A model generated the notes under the pieces. That model was given only the letters and a program-made list of their open reading frames with translations. It was not told the origin of the DNA and searched no databases. The translations under genes and the position numbers were made by a program. A stretch of DNA of 64,000 bases from Gekko japonicus (lineage: Eukaryota). The DNA lies in assembly GCF_001447785.1 (NCBI RefSeq), contig NW_015174867.1, forward strand, positions 619,641-683,640, in the 5' to 3' direction. Positions 50,019 through 63,053 of the stretch are shown here, piece after piece; position 1 is the first letter of the stretch; the number at the start of each line of letters is the position of its first letter.

Positions 50019-51763
50019 TGGAATGATTTTTTTTTTGGCCAATGTGGGTGTCTGTCCTCTAGTGCCCCCTTGTATCGCAAAGTGGGTCATCAGCTGCTCC
50101 TGAGTCCCAAGAGTCTCTGTGTAGATCCTGGCTTGTTATCACAGCTTAGTCCCACTTTTCTTATGAATGGACCTCGGATTGGAAATGGAAGTTGAACATC
50201 CCATTCACCTTTTCCTTCCTGGGACTGAACTTCAGGCCCGCTCTTGTTACTCAGGCTGTTCCTCCTCTGCCCATGGCCAGGTCACCTGTAAATGTTCCAT
50301 CATAGTCCAAACATGCACCCCGGGACCCGTGAAATCCCTAGAAGGCCTCTAGGCCTCCTGGGCTTGGGAATCACATCACCATTGCAACAAGTATTAGAGA
50401 TCCGTCACCTGTCCAGCTCACCGAGGTTCCATCATGGGACCACCACAGCAACTGCTTCTTTCCCTCCAGCTCTTAGTTCTGAGTTGGGTTCCCCTTGTTC
50501 AGCAATCCTGGGCACTCTTTGTCAACCTGGATCAGACCAACGTTTCTGGAGCCAGGGATCCCCATATAATCAATTTTCTTTGAGGGGATTATGGAGCTTT
50601 TAGGTACCTCATTAACTGAGAGCTGACATTTCAGCCCTGCAGTGCATGTGTATGAGAATGGAACTCTCTTGAAAGAATTTCATCAATTAACTTTTAAACT
50701 ATAATTCAACAAGAGTTTATTTGGGAGCTTTCTTTTAAAGATGAGGTGATGAAGTAAGTTCTTCAATAAGTTACCTGTGATTCTTGTTCCAAATAAATAT
50801 GAAATAACTTCATGATGACTTGATTCCAAGATATCCTGGACTCAGTCTGACATACCTTCTACTTTTTTTTTTTCTGGAGTGGCATCTTGACACATACATT
50901 TATCATCTTGCAGATCCTTGGATAATCCTGCTGCATTACTGTTAGCAGCATGAATGTTCCAGTTTATGTATGGATAATTAAAGACTTCTGCAGCTATCAT
51001 TTAAGAGGAATCATGAATAATTCTTTCCTGGTATAATCCACATCCTGGCAAAAAACAAGTAGAGCAATCTTCAGTATGTATAGCGGCACGAAACATCTGA
51101 GAGGAATGTAGAAAGATATCTTCAGGATGCAATGAATAAACCAGAAACTTGGCATTCAACACCAACCTGACAAGACTTATCCTTTCATAGGAGGACTATG
51201 CCAGTATTGGTGTTTATTTTGCAGGGCTTTTTGAGATAAGATCAAGGTAGAAATGAGACAGTTTCCTCTCATCTGCCTTATGTGCCGTTACCTCAGAGGA
51301 TTAAGCCTGAAAAACAGCTTTCCTCTTTTGTCTGAATTTCATTTCTCTTCATCTCTCATTCCTTTATACAGAATGGGCAGCTGCCTTTTTGGCTGATGCA
51401 GTCCTAATTATATGGCTGAAAGCATATACATGATAAGGTTGTAGAGCACTATTTACTTTTGACCCGTGTCCCCTAACAACCTGGCTACTACTATGGCATG
51501 CTGGCATAAAGTAACCCCAGATTTGGGTGTTCATGGCAGCGCAGCCTCTAGAACACTGGTTCCCGAAGTGGGCAATACTGCCCCCTGAGGGGCATTGGAT
51601 CGATCCAGGTGGGCGGTAGGAGACTTGGGTGCAAATGTGTCACTGGATCTTTTTGTCCACTTTTTGAAGGCAGATTTTCAGGGGGCGCTGAGTAATTCTT
51701 TTTCTGAAAAGGCGGCAGTAGGCCAAATAAGTTTGGGAACCTCTACTCTAGAATATACTCTAA

Positions 51764-52207
51764 GGTCCCTGCCACATGAGGGGAAAAAAGGATGGGCAAA
51801 GTGCGGCTTTTAAAAGCCACACCAAAATAGGCATGCGGTGGCGGGATCATACAGATCCCGTGAGCCGCCGTGCAATGGCTCCCCGGCACAATCAGATGCT
51901 GGGGAGACCGGGGAGGAAGCCACGGGAGGCTGCCGAACTGCGCATGTCTGAGCATGCACAGTTCGGCCAGGAGCCGGGGATGTGCCGGCGGAAGAACGCG
52001 CTGGCGATCCCACGGCCGGCTTTGATGCGGCTTTTCGTAAAGAACCACCTCGGTAGGTGGTTCTTTCTTGCTGCGGGTTATCGTCGGAAGGGACGGATCG
52101 GGGACGGGCGCGCAACGCTTCCCAGATGTTGCGGTGGGATCGCGACCGTTTGCTCCGCCCCCGATTCGTCCCTCTCCCGGCCCAAATCTTCTCATGTGAC
52201 TGTGGCA
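51764..52207. mobile_element. CpG-rich MITE (Harbinger-like), copy 2
   Basis: Homologous to 49564-50018. Confidence 0.6.
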
Positions 52208-53124
52208 TCAGTTGATCTTTTTGCTTTAATCTCCTGTGGCAAGAAAGCTTTTTTCTGCAGTCCTGCTCTCCCTGTGCAAGGAATGAAGATGCACCCCTTA
52301 CCTTGTGCTCCATTGCCACTGTTGTCTCAATCAGCAAACTTGCTAGAGCATGTATTAATCACACCACTACCCAGTCAATCCACTTACTAAGGCTGTGGAT
52401 CTTCCTTGTGTGGTTGTAGAATGTGAGTATGATCTCTAGGAATGTGGGCCCAAGTTGCACAATTCTTCTTCCTCAGTAGTGTGGAGGGAGAGTAAAAGCA
52501 TGTGAACTGGGTTTGTGCATGCTTAGTCCTAAGCACAGACTCCCTCACCTCAGTCTTTATCTCATGTTTATGAACAGACTATGCTCTCTCCTCCATCACA
52601 CAAACAAGATCCACAAGCCAAACAACTGAATGAACCTGAACAATGGCAAGGAACAAAACAGAAGAGCACCTTCCATTGTGGGCAAATCTGAATGGACTTG
52701 GATCTGAGGCTAGGATAAGGGTCTGAGAGACCTGGGTCCAAATCCCTACTCTCACATAAAACTTGTTGGGAGACTTTGGGCTGGGGTGGTACACTTCCTT
52801 GAGTTTCTTCAAGGTTGGGCAGATTAAAAATATCCCAAATAAATGCAAAGAATAAATAGCTATTCACTTCCGGGGGGGGGGCAGAAAAGGAGATGTAATC
52901 AGGAGGCTATGATATAACTCCACCAGATTCCCCGCACATAGCACACTGCACATTCAATGTATACACATGAACTGAAGCCTTGATGATGTTAAAACTTTAT
53001 TTATTTTGGTCACAACGTTTGTTACATTTTCTACCTACCAGTTTGTTGAGGAGATCACATCTTGGCTTGCAAATAACTTCATGCCTCTTCTGTCCATGCA
53101 TATTTGCTGTTATACTGGTACCAG

Positions 53125-53310
53125 ACAGAACAGGTTTAAAGTCCAGTGGCACATTTAAGACCAACAAAGGTTTATTCAAGGTATCAGCTTTTGTGTGCAT
53201 GCACACTTTTTCAAAGTTCATACCTTGAATAAACCTTTGTTGGTCTTAAATGTGCCACTGGACTCTAAATTTGTTCTACTGCTTCAGACCAACACGGCTG
53301 ACCAGCTGGA
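53125..53310. mobile_element. Penelope(Poseidon)-type pLTR relic forming an inverted repeat; related pieces near 6310, 20160, 23825, 55545 and 62250
   Basis: agtccagtggcacatttaagaccaacaaaggtttattcaaggtat is inverted around a decayed hammerhead core (minus strand ttgaaaaagtgtgcatgcacacaaaagct). Confidence 0.6.
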
Positions 53311-53529
53311 ACTGCTATCAGATGTTATGTTCCTCCATGTTGTTCCACTGATATCATTCCTTTGTTCAAGATAATGGCAAGCCTTGCTGGGGACCTGCAC
53401 CATTCTTTCCATGCCTGGAGATTTTGCTGTGTATCCTTACAGGGTAGGAAGCTTGAGAGGCACTTCTGGAGAGCCAAGAAGATCAAAAGAAACAAGGCCT
53501 CCATCTGTAGCACACCTGCAACATGACTT

Positions 53530-55404
53530 TTTTTTTTATAAATTTTTATTAAATTTCCAACACATACATCATGAAACAACCACAAAACAAATATACAGAC
53601 ATACAGCCATGTAAGCCACCACCCAACTTCAGTTTGTTAATATTATTAATTTCTGTGTCACCATCTTTAATACACTTCTTGTATAACATTTTCAATTACT
53701 GTTGCAATTCATCTTCTCTTTATAGATATACTTGATAAATAATAAAAGTAATCAACTCCTAATACTATATCCAGCTTAATCTCCATGTCTATTTTACCAC
53801 TGATTAGTTTATATTTACTTAATTTCATTTAGCCTATGCGGTTGTAATCCAATTCGCCCTTCATTCAGAATTTGCAGTACAAAAAGGGAATATCTCAACA
53901 TCTAATTACCTCCTATCATTTGATTAACATGGGCAAAAAAATAAAATAAAAAAGCAAAACAGTTCCTCCAGCAATAGCTGCAATTTCCTGACATCTTCCA
54001 AAGATCAGAGATAAATCAACTAGGCAATTTCAGAGAATTTATTCCTATTTTTTTTCTTCTTAGCCTATGTTCCCATCATACATGTGCCTCAACTAAGGTC
54101 CTGAACATATTCATTTAACTACTACTATCTTCTTACAGAGTTTCCATCACAGAATCCTATTTCTTAAAGACAGCTTCTAAGCAGCAAAGACATTTCAATA
54201 CAGGTTTAATATTCCATTCATGTTAATTAGACAGATTCAATAGAGAGAGACGGGGATAAATCCCATATAAAATATTTTGTTGGCTCCAAGTTCCGTTTCC
54301 TTTATAATCTCATTTTTCCCACTTTCTTGTAGATGCCTTGAGGTTTTATATTCCTTAGAGAAGGGTCCCTCCAGATTTTTCCTTTGTTTGCAATTCACTA
54401 TCCTCTTAGTCTCTTTCCTTATTCTGTCTTTCCTCAGTGTCCTCCTATGTCTTCTTCTTCTTAAAGGCTTGGCTCCCCTTTTTCTCTCTTTTTTATTTTA
54501 GAGTCATTTCCTTTCTGAGAAATGTCTTTTGGGGGGTCATTTGCTTCTGTAGCTTCAACTGTCGGTATTTGAGTATCACACTGCCCAGTAGATTGTTCTT
54601 CCTCCGAGTTATTTTTGTAGTTGTCACTCAGCCCCTGATTTTTTTGTAATAGAATATTGATGTTATCATTATCCTCAATAGAAATGTTTACAGGTTCTTT
54701 CAAAATTTTAGTCCATGCTTGTTGTAGTGCTAGTTCTAGTTTCTCGTTTAGGAGTGTTTGAAAACGCTCAGAGTTCATTTCGGCTTTTATTGCCTCACTA
54801 AGTTCGGCTTTTATTGCCTCACTAAGTAGCGCCGCCGCCATTTCTTCTCGTTCTGTAATCTGATTCCCTTATCGTTATGGTAAAGAGTTTTTGTTCTGGT
54901 TGTCAACTTCAAGTATGAAATAAGCAAAGTTTTAGTCTCTTACCCTTTCAGACGCATTTAATATAAAGTCCTTTTCATAGTCCCGGCCGCTTTCTTCATA
55001 CCAGTAGGAAATCCATAGGGGGGGAATAGGATCATCTTTTCGTTGAGATGCCAGATTATAAATCCACCGTTCAAAGTGATATAAAGAGAAAACACCCGTG
55101 CAAAAAAGAAAAAAAAAGAAAAAGAGAATAGCTGTTAAAATCGCGGTTGGCTGCTGCTACGGGGAAACACGGAAGCCATGTTCCCTGCTGCCTGACGCCT
55201 CTGCTTCGGGGCAAGCCGGTCTCGCCCCCGCCCTTGCCATGGAAACGGGGGGGACCTGCCAAGCCTCCTGCTCTCGCTCTCCCTCCAGGAGAAGCGAGCA
55301 GAGCTCCCCCGAACTTCGGGGGGCTCCAAAGAGGCGCGCGGGAGGGGCCATCCTCGGGAGCTCCGAGAGACGCGCCCAAGCGCAGCGCCGCGTCCGCCGG
55401 AAGT
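53530..55404 (-). mobile_element. Complete ~1.9 kb L1-mobilised non-autonomous retroelement or retrocopy
   Basis: Perfect 17-bp TSD cacctgcaacatgactt (53513-53529, 55405-55421); minus-strand AATAAA plus poly(A); CpG-rich 5' end starting (g)acttccgg; 126-aa ORF 54841-54461. Confidence 0.8.
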
Positions 55405-57586
55405 CACCTGCAACATGACTTGAGGTAGACTCAGGGTTACACAGGTGCTCAGGCTCCAGCTAGCTGGCAACAGAAATGCCTTAGTGATTAGGGCAAAAGA
55501 TTTGTGGGTTCTCACTCTCTGCTTTGCTTTTTGATATTATCAGAGTGCAGCCATGTTGGTCTGGGCTAGAACAGCTCGATTCAAGTCAAATAGCACCTTA
55601 GAGACCCACAAGATTTTGGGAGTATGAGTTTTTGAGAGTCAAAGCATTGACTTCCAAAAGCTCATACCCTGAAAATTTTGTCGGTCTCTAAGGTGGTGAG
55701 ATCTAGCTGTTTGATTTTTGAGTAGCCCAGATGCTAAGTAGCTAGTTATTTGGACATGGGCTGTGAATCATGGCAAATTAGAGTTTTCTCTGGGGTGGAA
55801 CTCCTACAGTGGTGGAGGCTATGCAGAGCACAATAAGTGGGAATGCTTGAGTGGGAATGCTTCAATATCCTTTCTTCCACTGTTTTGGAAGAGGAGTTAA
55901 ACAGCAACACACAACTCTGCTATCCGATGCTATCAGGCATCTAGGAGTTGATTACTTTGCATCTGTCCCCTCCCTCCTCTGTTCCTGTGCTACAACCAGT
56001 TTTGTAAACTCATTTTGCCAGTTCTGAATATGGTGAAGGGAACCACCACAGTCGGTGCCCATAATTTTGGGGGGAAAGTCAAAAAGGCAGGTTTTTACTT
56101 TGCATTTATGTCACTTCTGAGTACAAGATAAAGACAAAGGAAAAAGAAGCACTGTGCATACATCAATACTAGTAAATATAGTTTGCACGCTGTAAGCATA
56201 GATACATTCCTCTGTAGCTCTGGCATTCCTGCCTCTTTCCCAGTCCCCAAACTGTCAAATCATGTGACGTCCAACAAATGTGCAGCTAGTTCGTCCACCA
56301 TTACTTCCCATTTGTGCTTTATATGTGTTGGATTGTTGGCTGGTTGTAGGAGGTGGAATTCATCTCCCATGTTTTGAGAGCAAATCAATTGTTCAATTTT
56401 ACTAGCATGTATTGAACAATATGTGTTAAATCCAGGTTTTTGTGTGGTGTGGGAGTACTTTAGGGATTTTGATACCAAATCTGTAAACTAGTGAGACCTA
56501 AGTGATTTATATATGCAGATGTGCACTCAGTCATTTATAATCCTAAATTCCATCCAGGACTACTCACAGACTAAAGTCTAGCCATGTCTCTCCAAGAGTC
56601 CTCTCGGTACATTCTGTTTGGTTATATATTAGCACAGTGGCAATACTTGGACTGTACCTGATATTATGAGTGTTCTATTCCCTTCTCATGTGCTCTGCTG
56701 GCCTACAGATTTAGAAATGTGTATGAAGTCTCATATTAATAAATGATGAATACTTACCAAAAATAGCTAAGACCATGTAAATGATAAGAACCTTAATATA
56801 CCACATCATTCGAATGACACAATGGTTATCTGCAAATGGCTGCTTTAATTGTGTCATCATTTCAAAAATAAATATTTGACATGTATGGCTTCCAAATTAA
56901 ACAGTAACACTCTTCAGGATGGAAATCCTGACAATTCTGTATAAAATGAGATTCTTCCAGCAATTGTCCAAGCTCAAGTGACAGCATAGTTGGTGAGAGA
57001 CACCCCCCCCCCCAGCTGATCAGGAAATGTCTATTTGCAGCAGTACTGGTATACAGGGTCTCTTCCAGCAGTCTGCTTCCTAATAAAAATAGACATTGTT
57101 AACCTCTTAGCATACAATAAACAGCACCATGGCACTAAAGCCTTACTATATGAGAGCAAAGGAAAGGGAAGCAGCATTTTATCTCCATAGTCACATTTCT
57201 CCTAAGGAAATATTGCTATCACTGTGTCTAGAACCAAGTGGTGCCCAAAATAGCTCTGACCATTAGAGTCTGAATCAGTGTCACTTTTCCCCTTGAGCAT
57301 TTGACAGCATTGTTTGCCACATAAAGGAAAGACATTTAGAATGTCAATGTTGATAATACAGTGCTCTGAGTTTTTCATCCAGACCTGGTCTCCTCTATCC
57401 CGGTGGAACTTTTCAGGTTGGTCTGGTTCATATCAGTGCCTGAATGCAGATTAAAATGGAAGGAAATTGGTCATGGGCCTCTATTTTGGATCCAGAAGAA
57501 ATCATATCAGATGCTCACTTTATCTATCCAGATGGTTGAGTTTCAGTTTAAAGAACTTCCCCCAGGTGTAAAGGAGTGGCATCCCA

Positions 57587-57805
57587 TAGGGTTGCCAACC
57601 TCCAGGTAGTGGCTGGAGATCTCCTGGGATTACAATGGATCTCCAAGTGACAGAGATCAGGTCACCTGGAGAAAATGGCCGCTTTGGAAGGTGGATTCTA
57701 TGGTATTATACCCAACTGAAGTCCCTCCCCTCCCTAAATCCCACCTTCCTCAGGCTCCACCCCCAGCATCTCCAGGTATTTCCCAGTCTGGAGCTGGCAA
57801 CCCTA
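57587..57805. mobile_element. tagggttgcc..ggcaacccta non-autonomous DNA element
   Basis: Perfect TIR tagggttgcca / tggcaacccta. Confidence 0.8.
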
Positions 57806-58811
57806 TGCATGTGTCCACTGGGTTTTGCAAGCCCTTATCTTATTATTACTGTTGTTCAGAGGATTTATATGCCACTTCTCCAGAGAACTGCTTGAGGTGG
57901 CTCATAGCAAAATAAGAGAAAGAAAAATACAGAGTTCAAGCCACAGCCATCATAAAACAAGGCCAAATGTGAAGTATAACATGTAAAATGAGATAGATAA
58001 CATATATACCAATTATTTTGTTTTTTCCTTTTACAGAATATGGGGCAAACAAGCCCCACATATGTATTTTATCTTTGGTAGTCCTTTGAATGTGTAAATT
58101 ATTACCAGTAGGAACTGCTGCAACATGGTGTACAGCTACCCAGAAGAAAGACACGTCCACTTGATGTGTTACAGAAAGAAGTCAAGGAAGTGGTAGCAAT
58201 TAACACTGAAATCATAAGCCTAGTGAAAGCTTTCTAAGTCCATGGAGTCAAAGAGTACAATTCTGCTTAGGATGGCAGTGCCACAGTGAGGGACTGCTAG
58301 CTTGATCAAAATCTTCCTGGACATACAAAGCTAGCATATCAGGGGGGAAAAAATTCGGGGTGGGGTGGGAGGTAGCAGCCCCAGATGCTGGATTTGCCAG
58401 TTCTTTTTCTGGAAGGGTTTTTGCTGCATCTGTGAGGGATGCTTAGCAAGCTAGCACACCCACTGCATTTCTGTTTGCCCAGTCTCTCTTAAAGGCACAA
58501 GGACCCTTTGTGCCTTGAGGGAAATTACCTCAGATTCTTTCACTGATGAACAAAATGCTGTCAGCCAGGAAAAGTGGAATAAGGGCCTTCCTTCCATCCA
58601 TCCTTCCTTCCTTTCTTCTGAATGATCTATCTGCATCGATCTCAAGAGCAGATTTCCAGAGAAGAATCCTATCTCAGGACTTGGGAACCATGGGGCTGGG
58701 AGGGTGCATCTTTGCTTCCCGATCTGCATTTATAGGCCTTGCTTCTTTACATTACAACAGCTTGGAAATGATCTTTGTTATCTAGGAAAGCACAGCATGC
58801 AGTGTTAAATA

Positions 58812-59550
58812 GAGGCTGCCCTTGTCGCAAATCCAGAAGCTGCAGCTAGTGCAGAATGCCGCGGCCAGGCTTCTGATGGGCCTTCATAGATGGGAGCACA
58901 TCTGACCTGTGCTGAAGGCACTGCACTGGCTGCCAATAGCATACTGAATTCGCTTCAAGGTGCTGATACTCACCTTTAAAGCCCTATATGGCCAGGGTCC
59001 GACATACCTGAGGGACCACCTTTCCCCATCTATACCCCAGAGAGCACTACGGTTGGGGTCACAACACCGATTGACCCTCCCAGGCCCCAAGGATGCCAGG
59101 CTCGCTGTTACCAGGGCCAGGGCCTTTTCAGTGGCAGCTCCATACTGGTGGAATGAGCTCCCGGAAAAGATCAGGGCCCTGCAGGATTTTCTACAGTTCC
59201 GCAGGGCCTGAAAGATGGAGCTCTTCCACCAGGCTTTCAACTAGGAGCCACCCTCACCACTGCCACCAACATCTGTAGTTATGGGCCAGCCCCAACCCTG
59301 AGATTGAGCCATACCATCGTATGATGCCAGAAGATCACGGAGTCGGAAATTGTGTGCTGTTACATCATATAGCATGCCATCTCAGTTAATGATGGAATGA
59401 TTACTATTAGTAGCACTTTATGATTATCTGATTGTTTTAAATTGTTTTAAATGTTTTATGTGGATTGTATGGTACTGTACCAACTAATGTAAGCTGCCCT
59501 GAGCCTGTTCGCGGGGAGGGTGGGATACAAATGGAATAAACAAACAAACA
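58812..59550 (+). mobile_element. L2 LINE 3' portion and 3' UTR
   Basis: KLQLVQNAAARLL..LKALHWLPI..FKVLILTFKALYGQGPTYLRDHL..AFSVAAPYWWNELP; tail gtaagctgccctgagcc..gggatacaaat(aaac)n. Confidence 0.9.
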
Positions 59551-60334
59551 GTATTTCTAGTAGAATCACTTTTAAATTAGAAATAAGGGCATCAACATTA
59601 ACTCTGAAAAGCCACATAGCTTTTCATGTACTATTTAGGATAATAAAATATTGGCATAGACACTATCTAAAACAAGTAATGCAGAAGTGATGTTAGAATG
59701 TTCAGCATGTTACTGTTGCCACCTCCCACTTTCTGCTAGAGTCTGTCAACATTTGTGTGAACAAACATCTGGGTCTGCTTTTTGACATGAGTGGCTTCCT
59801 GTGTGCAAATCCCTGTTAAGGCACACTGAGCCCGTTTACAGGATGGGCAGGATATAAATGCAAAAATAAATAAAATAAATAAATAAAATAAATTAGTTGT
59901 TTTGAAATCAACCAGTTCTTATTTGCCTAATTGACTGGTCCTTTTGGCTTTGCACACATTAAAAATGCGTTTGTAATGGTGAAAGAGTACAAAACATCTG
60001 TCTTTAATTATTGTATGCATTAAGAAGATATAAATCTTTAGGGAAGCATCTGTCTTCCCACTCTTGGTTAACTCCCTCTTCTTCCCTACAGGAGAGTCTG
60101 ATAGCTTGAAGTAAGTCTTATGCTACAGTAAAGCTATAAACAATAGCATTATCAGGATGATTACATGCAGGAATAGTCTAGTATACATTTCCTGTCAGCT
60201 GTAGAAATGTCTTTAGGGTTTATGAGCATTATACAAGTTAAGTGGTAGAATTTATATTAAAGTACCTAAGACTTCTTTTTCATTTTGGATTGTCTCTTCA
60301 TAGCGTTTGTGAGGGTAAGAGAACCCAATGGCGA

Positions 60335-60590
60335 GACAATCCAAAATGAAGAAAAGGCTAATACTAGGAACTAATGCTGGGCTAATGCTAGGAAAAAATA
60401 ACCCTAGAAAATGTTGAAGGCAGCAGGAAAAAGGGAAGACCCAACATGCGATGGATGGGCTTAATAAAGGAAGCTACAGCCCTCAGTTTGCAAGATCTGA
60501 GCAAGGCTGTTAACAACAGAATGTTTTGGAAGTCATTAATTCATAGGATTGCTGTAAATTGGAAACAAATTAACAGCGCTTACAACACAC
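60335..60590 (+). mobile_element. Degenerate Bov-B/RTE 3' end
   Basis: LENVEGSRKKGRPNMRWM motif. Confidence 0.6.
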
Positions 60591-60864
60591 ATACCTAATC
60601 TTTTCCTTCATATGATATCAGTGCAGGGACATTGTTCCTTTAATTGTCATAAAAGAAAAAAAAAAAGGACGTATGTTTGCGATTTCGTTCAACATTGCTG
60701 GCAACTCTTTAATTTTCAGCTCCCTATGTGCAGACTTGGACAACTATTGGCTGTGTTGGCAGGGACACTGCAACAGCTGAACCGTGGAAGTCTCAAAGAG
60801 AACCCACAGCCAAAACAATTTCTAGCTAGGCCAGAGTGAAGTATGCGTTTTCCTTTTAAGAAGT

Positions 60865-60881
60865 CTGCTGCCATCTAGTGT
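60865..60881 (-). promoter_or_regulatory. Candidate CTCF binding site
   Basis: Minus strand acactagatggcagcag closely matches the CTCF core CCAC/GYAGRKGGCRS. Confidence 0.4.
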
Positions 60882-61334
60882 TATAAACACTCTAGTGTTA
60901 TAAACAGTGTTTGGTGGTTCCTTTGTTTAAATGTATGTGTATGATTTGGAAGCGGAATATAACTATTAGTAGAAGGCAGACTGATTAAGGGCACAGGTTG
61001 AACACCTTCATTATATGGCCTTTTGGAACTGAAGGGGAGATTGCTTTGATGTTTAAATTAATTCCAATACAGAGCATGGGTGTTTGTGAATCTTCTGTTT
61101 TAACCTGCTTTTTAATGGTACTTCTAAAGTACTGAAGGCAACTTTTTTCTTGGCAGGGCTCCTTTATAAACTGCAGAACCCCCAGAAATGCACTGGAGGA
61201 AGTTTTCCTTCATCGCCTTCAATTTCTTAGTCCCATATTCACCTGGTTATCTTATTGTAATATTTATTTATTTATTTATTTATTTTATTAAATTTATACC
61301 CCGCCCTCCCCGCTACGCAGGCTCAGGGCGGCTT

Positions 61335-61625
61335 TAATATGTATTAAAGTTACGTGTACTTCAATATTGTTTGACCTCTGAAGAAGGCCCCAATAGGGTG
61401 GAAATGCATCAGATCATGTGTATTGGCCCTTGTGTTTAGGCCACCTTTACTTGTTTACAAGGCTTTCATTGGGACCTTATATGTTTTTAACTGTCTTTCT
61501 AATAAATACATGTATTTTTGTATAAGTTTTAACTTAGTAGTTTTTAATATTGGCCCTTTATTTGACTTCTTTCTTACCCTTGTGGTTCCTGATTCCAGTT
61601 TTTGGGTCAGGTTTGTTTTCCCCTC
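61335..61625 (+). mobile_element. Penelope-like pLTR relic with a CpG-decayed minimal hammerhead (61372-61416)
   Basis: tgacct CTGAAGA a ggcccc aata gggtg GAAA tgc ATC agatca, followed by an AT-rich UTR with aataaa. Confidence 0.6.
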
Positions 61626-63019
61626 CCTATGCCTTACTTATCAAATCATTATTCATCATTTGTTTCAATCGGAAACAAGTGCCTGGATGCTGTGCAGTGG
61701 TTAGAGGCCTGGACTAGGCTCTGGGAGACCCTTGTTTAAATCTCTACTCTTCCCTGGAACTCATTAGGTGGCCTTGGACCAGTCTGCCTCACAGGGTTGT
61801 TATCCAGAGAAAAAAATTGGAGGCCGGGAGGGCCAGGCATGCCCCTTGGAGCTTCTTGGAAGAACAGCAGGATAAAAATGTATTAGGTACCTTCCTTCCT
61901 ACTTATTAGACTCGTATTCTCAGAGGCTGCAGCCCTCATTCAAGGGATCCCTCTTGCCAAATTGTAGGCAGACAGGAGAAAGCGTTCCTGTTTCAGAGGC
62001 ATTTCAATTCTCCCTTTTTGAGCAGACAGCAGCAGGCGTGAGAATAGGGGTGTGTGGATGAGTGAGTTTGCCCTCCATTCTCATGATGCTGAGTTCAAAG
62101 CATTCAGGATAAGAGAACTAAACTACCAGTTCCCTGCATCTTACTTTGCCACATTCTGGTGTTTTCATTATCCCCCCCCCCCATCCCATTAACGTCTGAT
62201 ACTGAAGCCTGCTGGAAGGAAACTCTGAAGACTCCCGAGCAAGAGCCAGAACAAAGTCTGAGTGCAGGGGCACCTTTTAGACCACTTCTTCAGATACAGT
62301 GAAACAAGGTGTCCTCAACCATTACATATAGGTAGGAGGGGGGTTAGTTGCCAGGAAGAGCTGGTTAGAGTCAAGATGCTTTGTTGGTCTTAAAGGTGCC
62401 ACTGGACTCAGACTTTGTTCTGCTTTTTCAGACCAGCTTGGCTACCCATCTGAGCAAGTGCCAAGTTAGCCTTCCTGGCTCATTAGACTAAAAACAGATC
62501 TCCTCACTCACACCCATTGTCTTTATATGCGAATAGGAGGTGTTGAACAGCTGCTGGGTCTGTATCTTTGTCTCAGGCAGGCGATTTAGCATTATGATCT
62601 TAAAGAAACGTTAAAACTGAGCTCTCAGAAATTCAGTCCTCATCTCTAATCTCACATTCCCTCAGTGATCGCTCCTTCCTAACCAATATTTCAATTAGTG
62701 TTCTTACGTTTTGTATGTATTTTAATTTGGTTTCTTAACCTTTTAAATGATGTGTGTTGGGGCAGTTGATTTTAATGGTTTCCCAATGTGATTTTATCAT
62801 ATATGTTCTAAATTGTTAGCGGCCTTACTAGCCATGGTAAAGGCAGAAAGGCAGGATACAAATTTTGTAAATAAAATAAAATCACCGCCAGTCCACAAAT
62901 GGTTCAGTAGCCAATCAGAAGGAAGCCTGCATATTAATAGATTGTGTAGGTGTAAAACAGTAATGAACTGTAAGTGATTCTATGCTTGACAAGTTCATTT
63001 TTATGACCTGACCATGACT

Positions 63020-63053
63020 GGGGGGGGGGGGGGTAGGGGGGGGGGGGGGGGGG
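63020..63053. repeat. Poly-G tract
   Basis: Two long G runs separated by ta. Confidence 0.9.

Noticed and set aside
51743-52390. Long overlapping ORFs (150-204 aa)
   Set aside because: GC-rich MITE lacking stops by composition; frames not conserved in the sister copy
55071-55515. Cluster of GC-rich ORFs resembling a gene's CpG-island first exon
   Set aside because: The GC-rich part lies inside the TSD-bounded retroposed unit, so it is not a native promoter here
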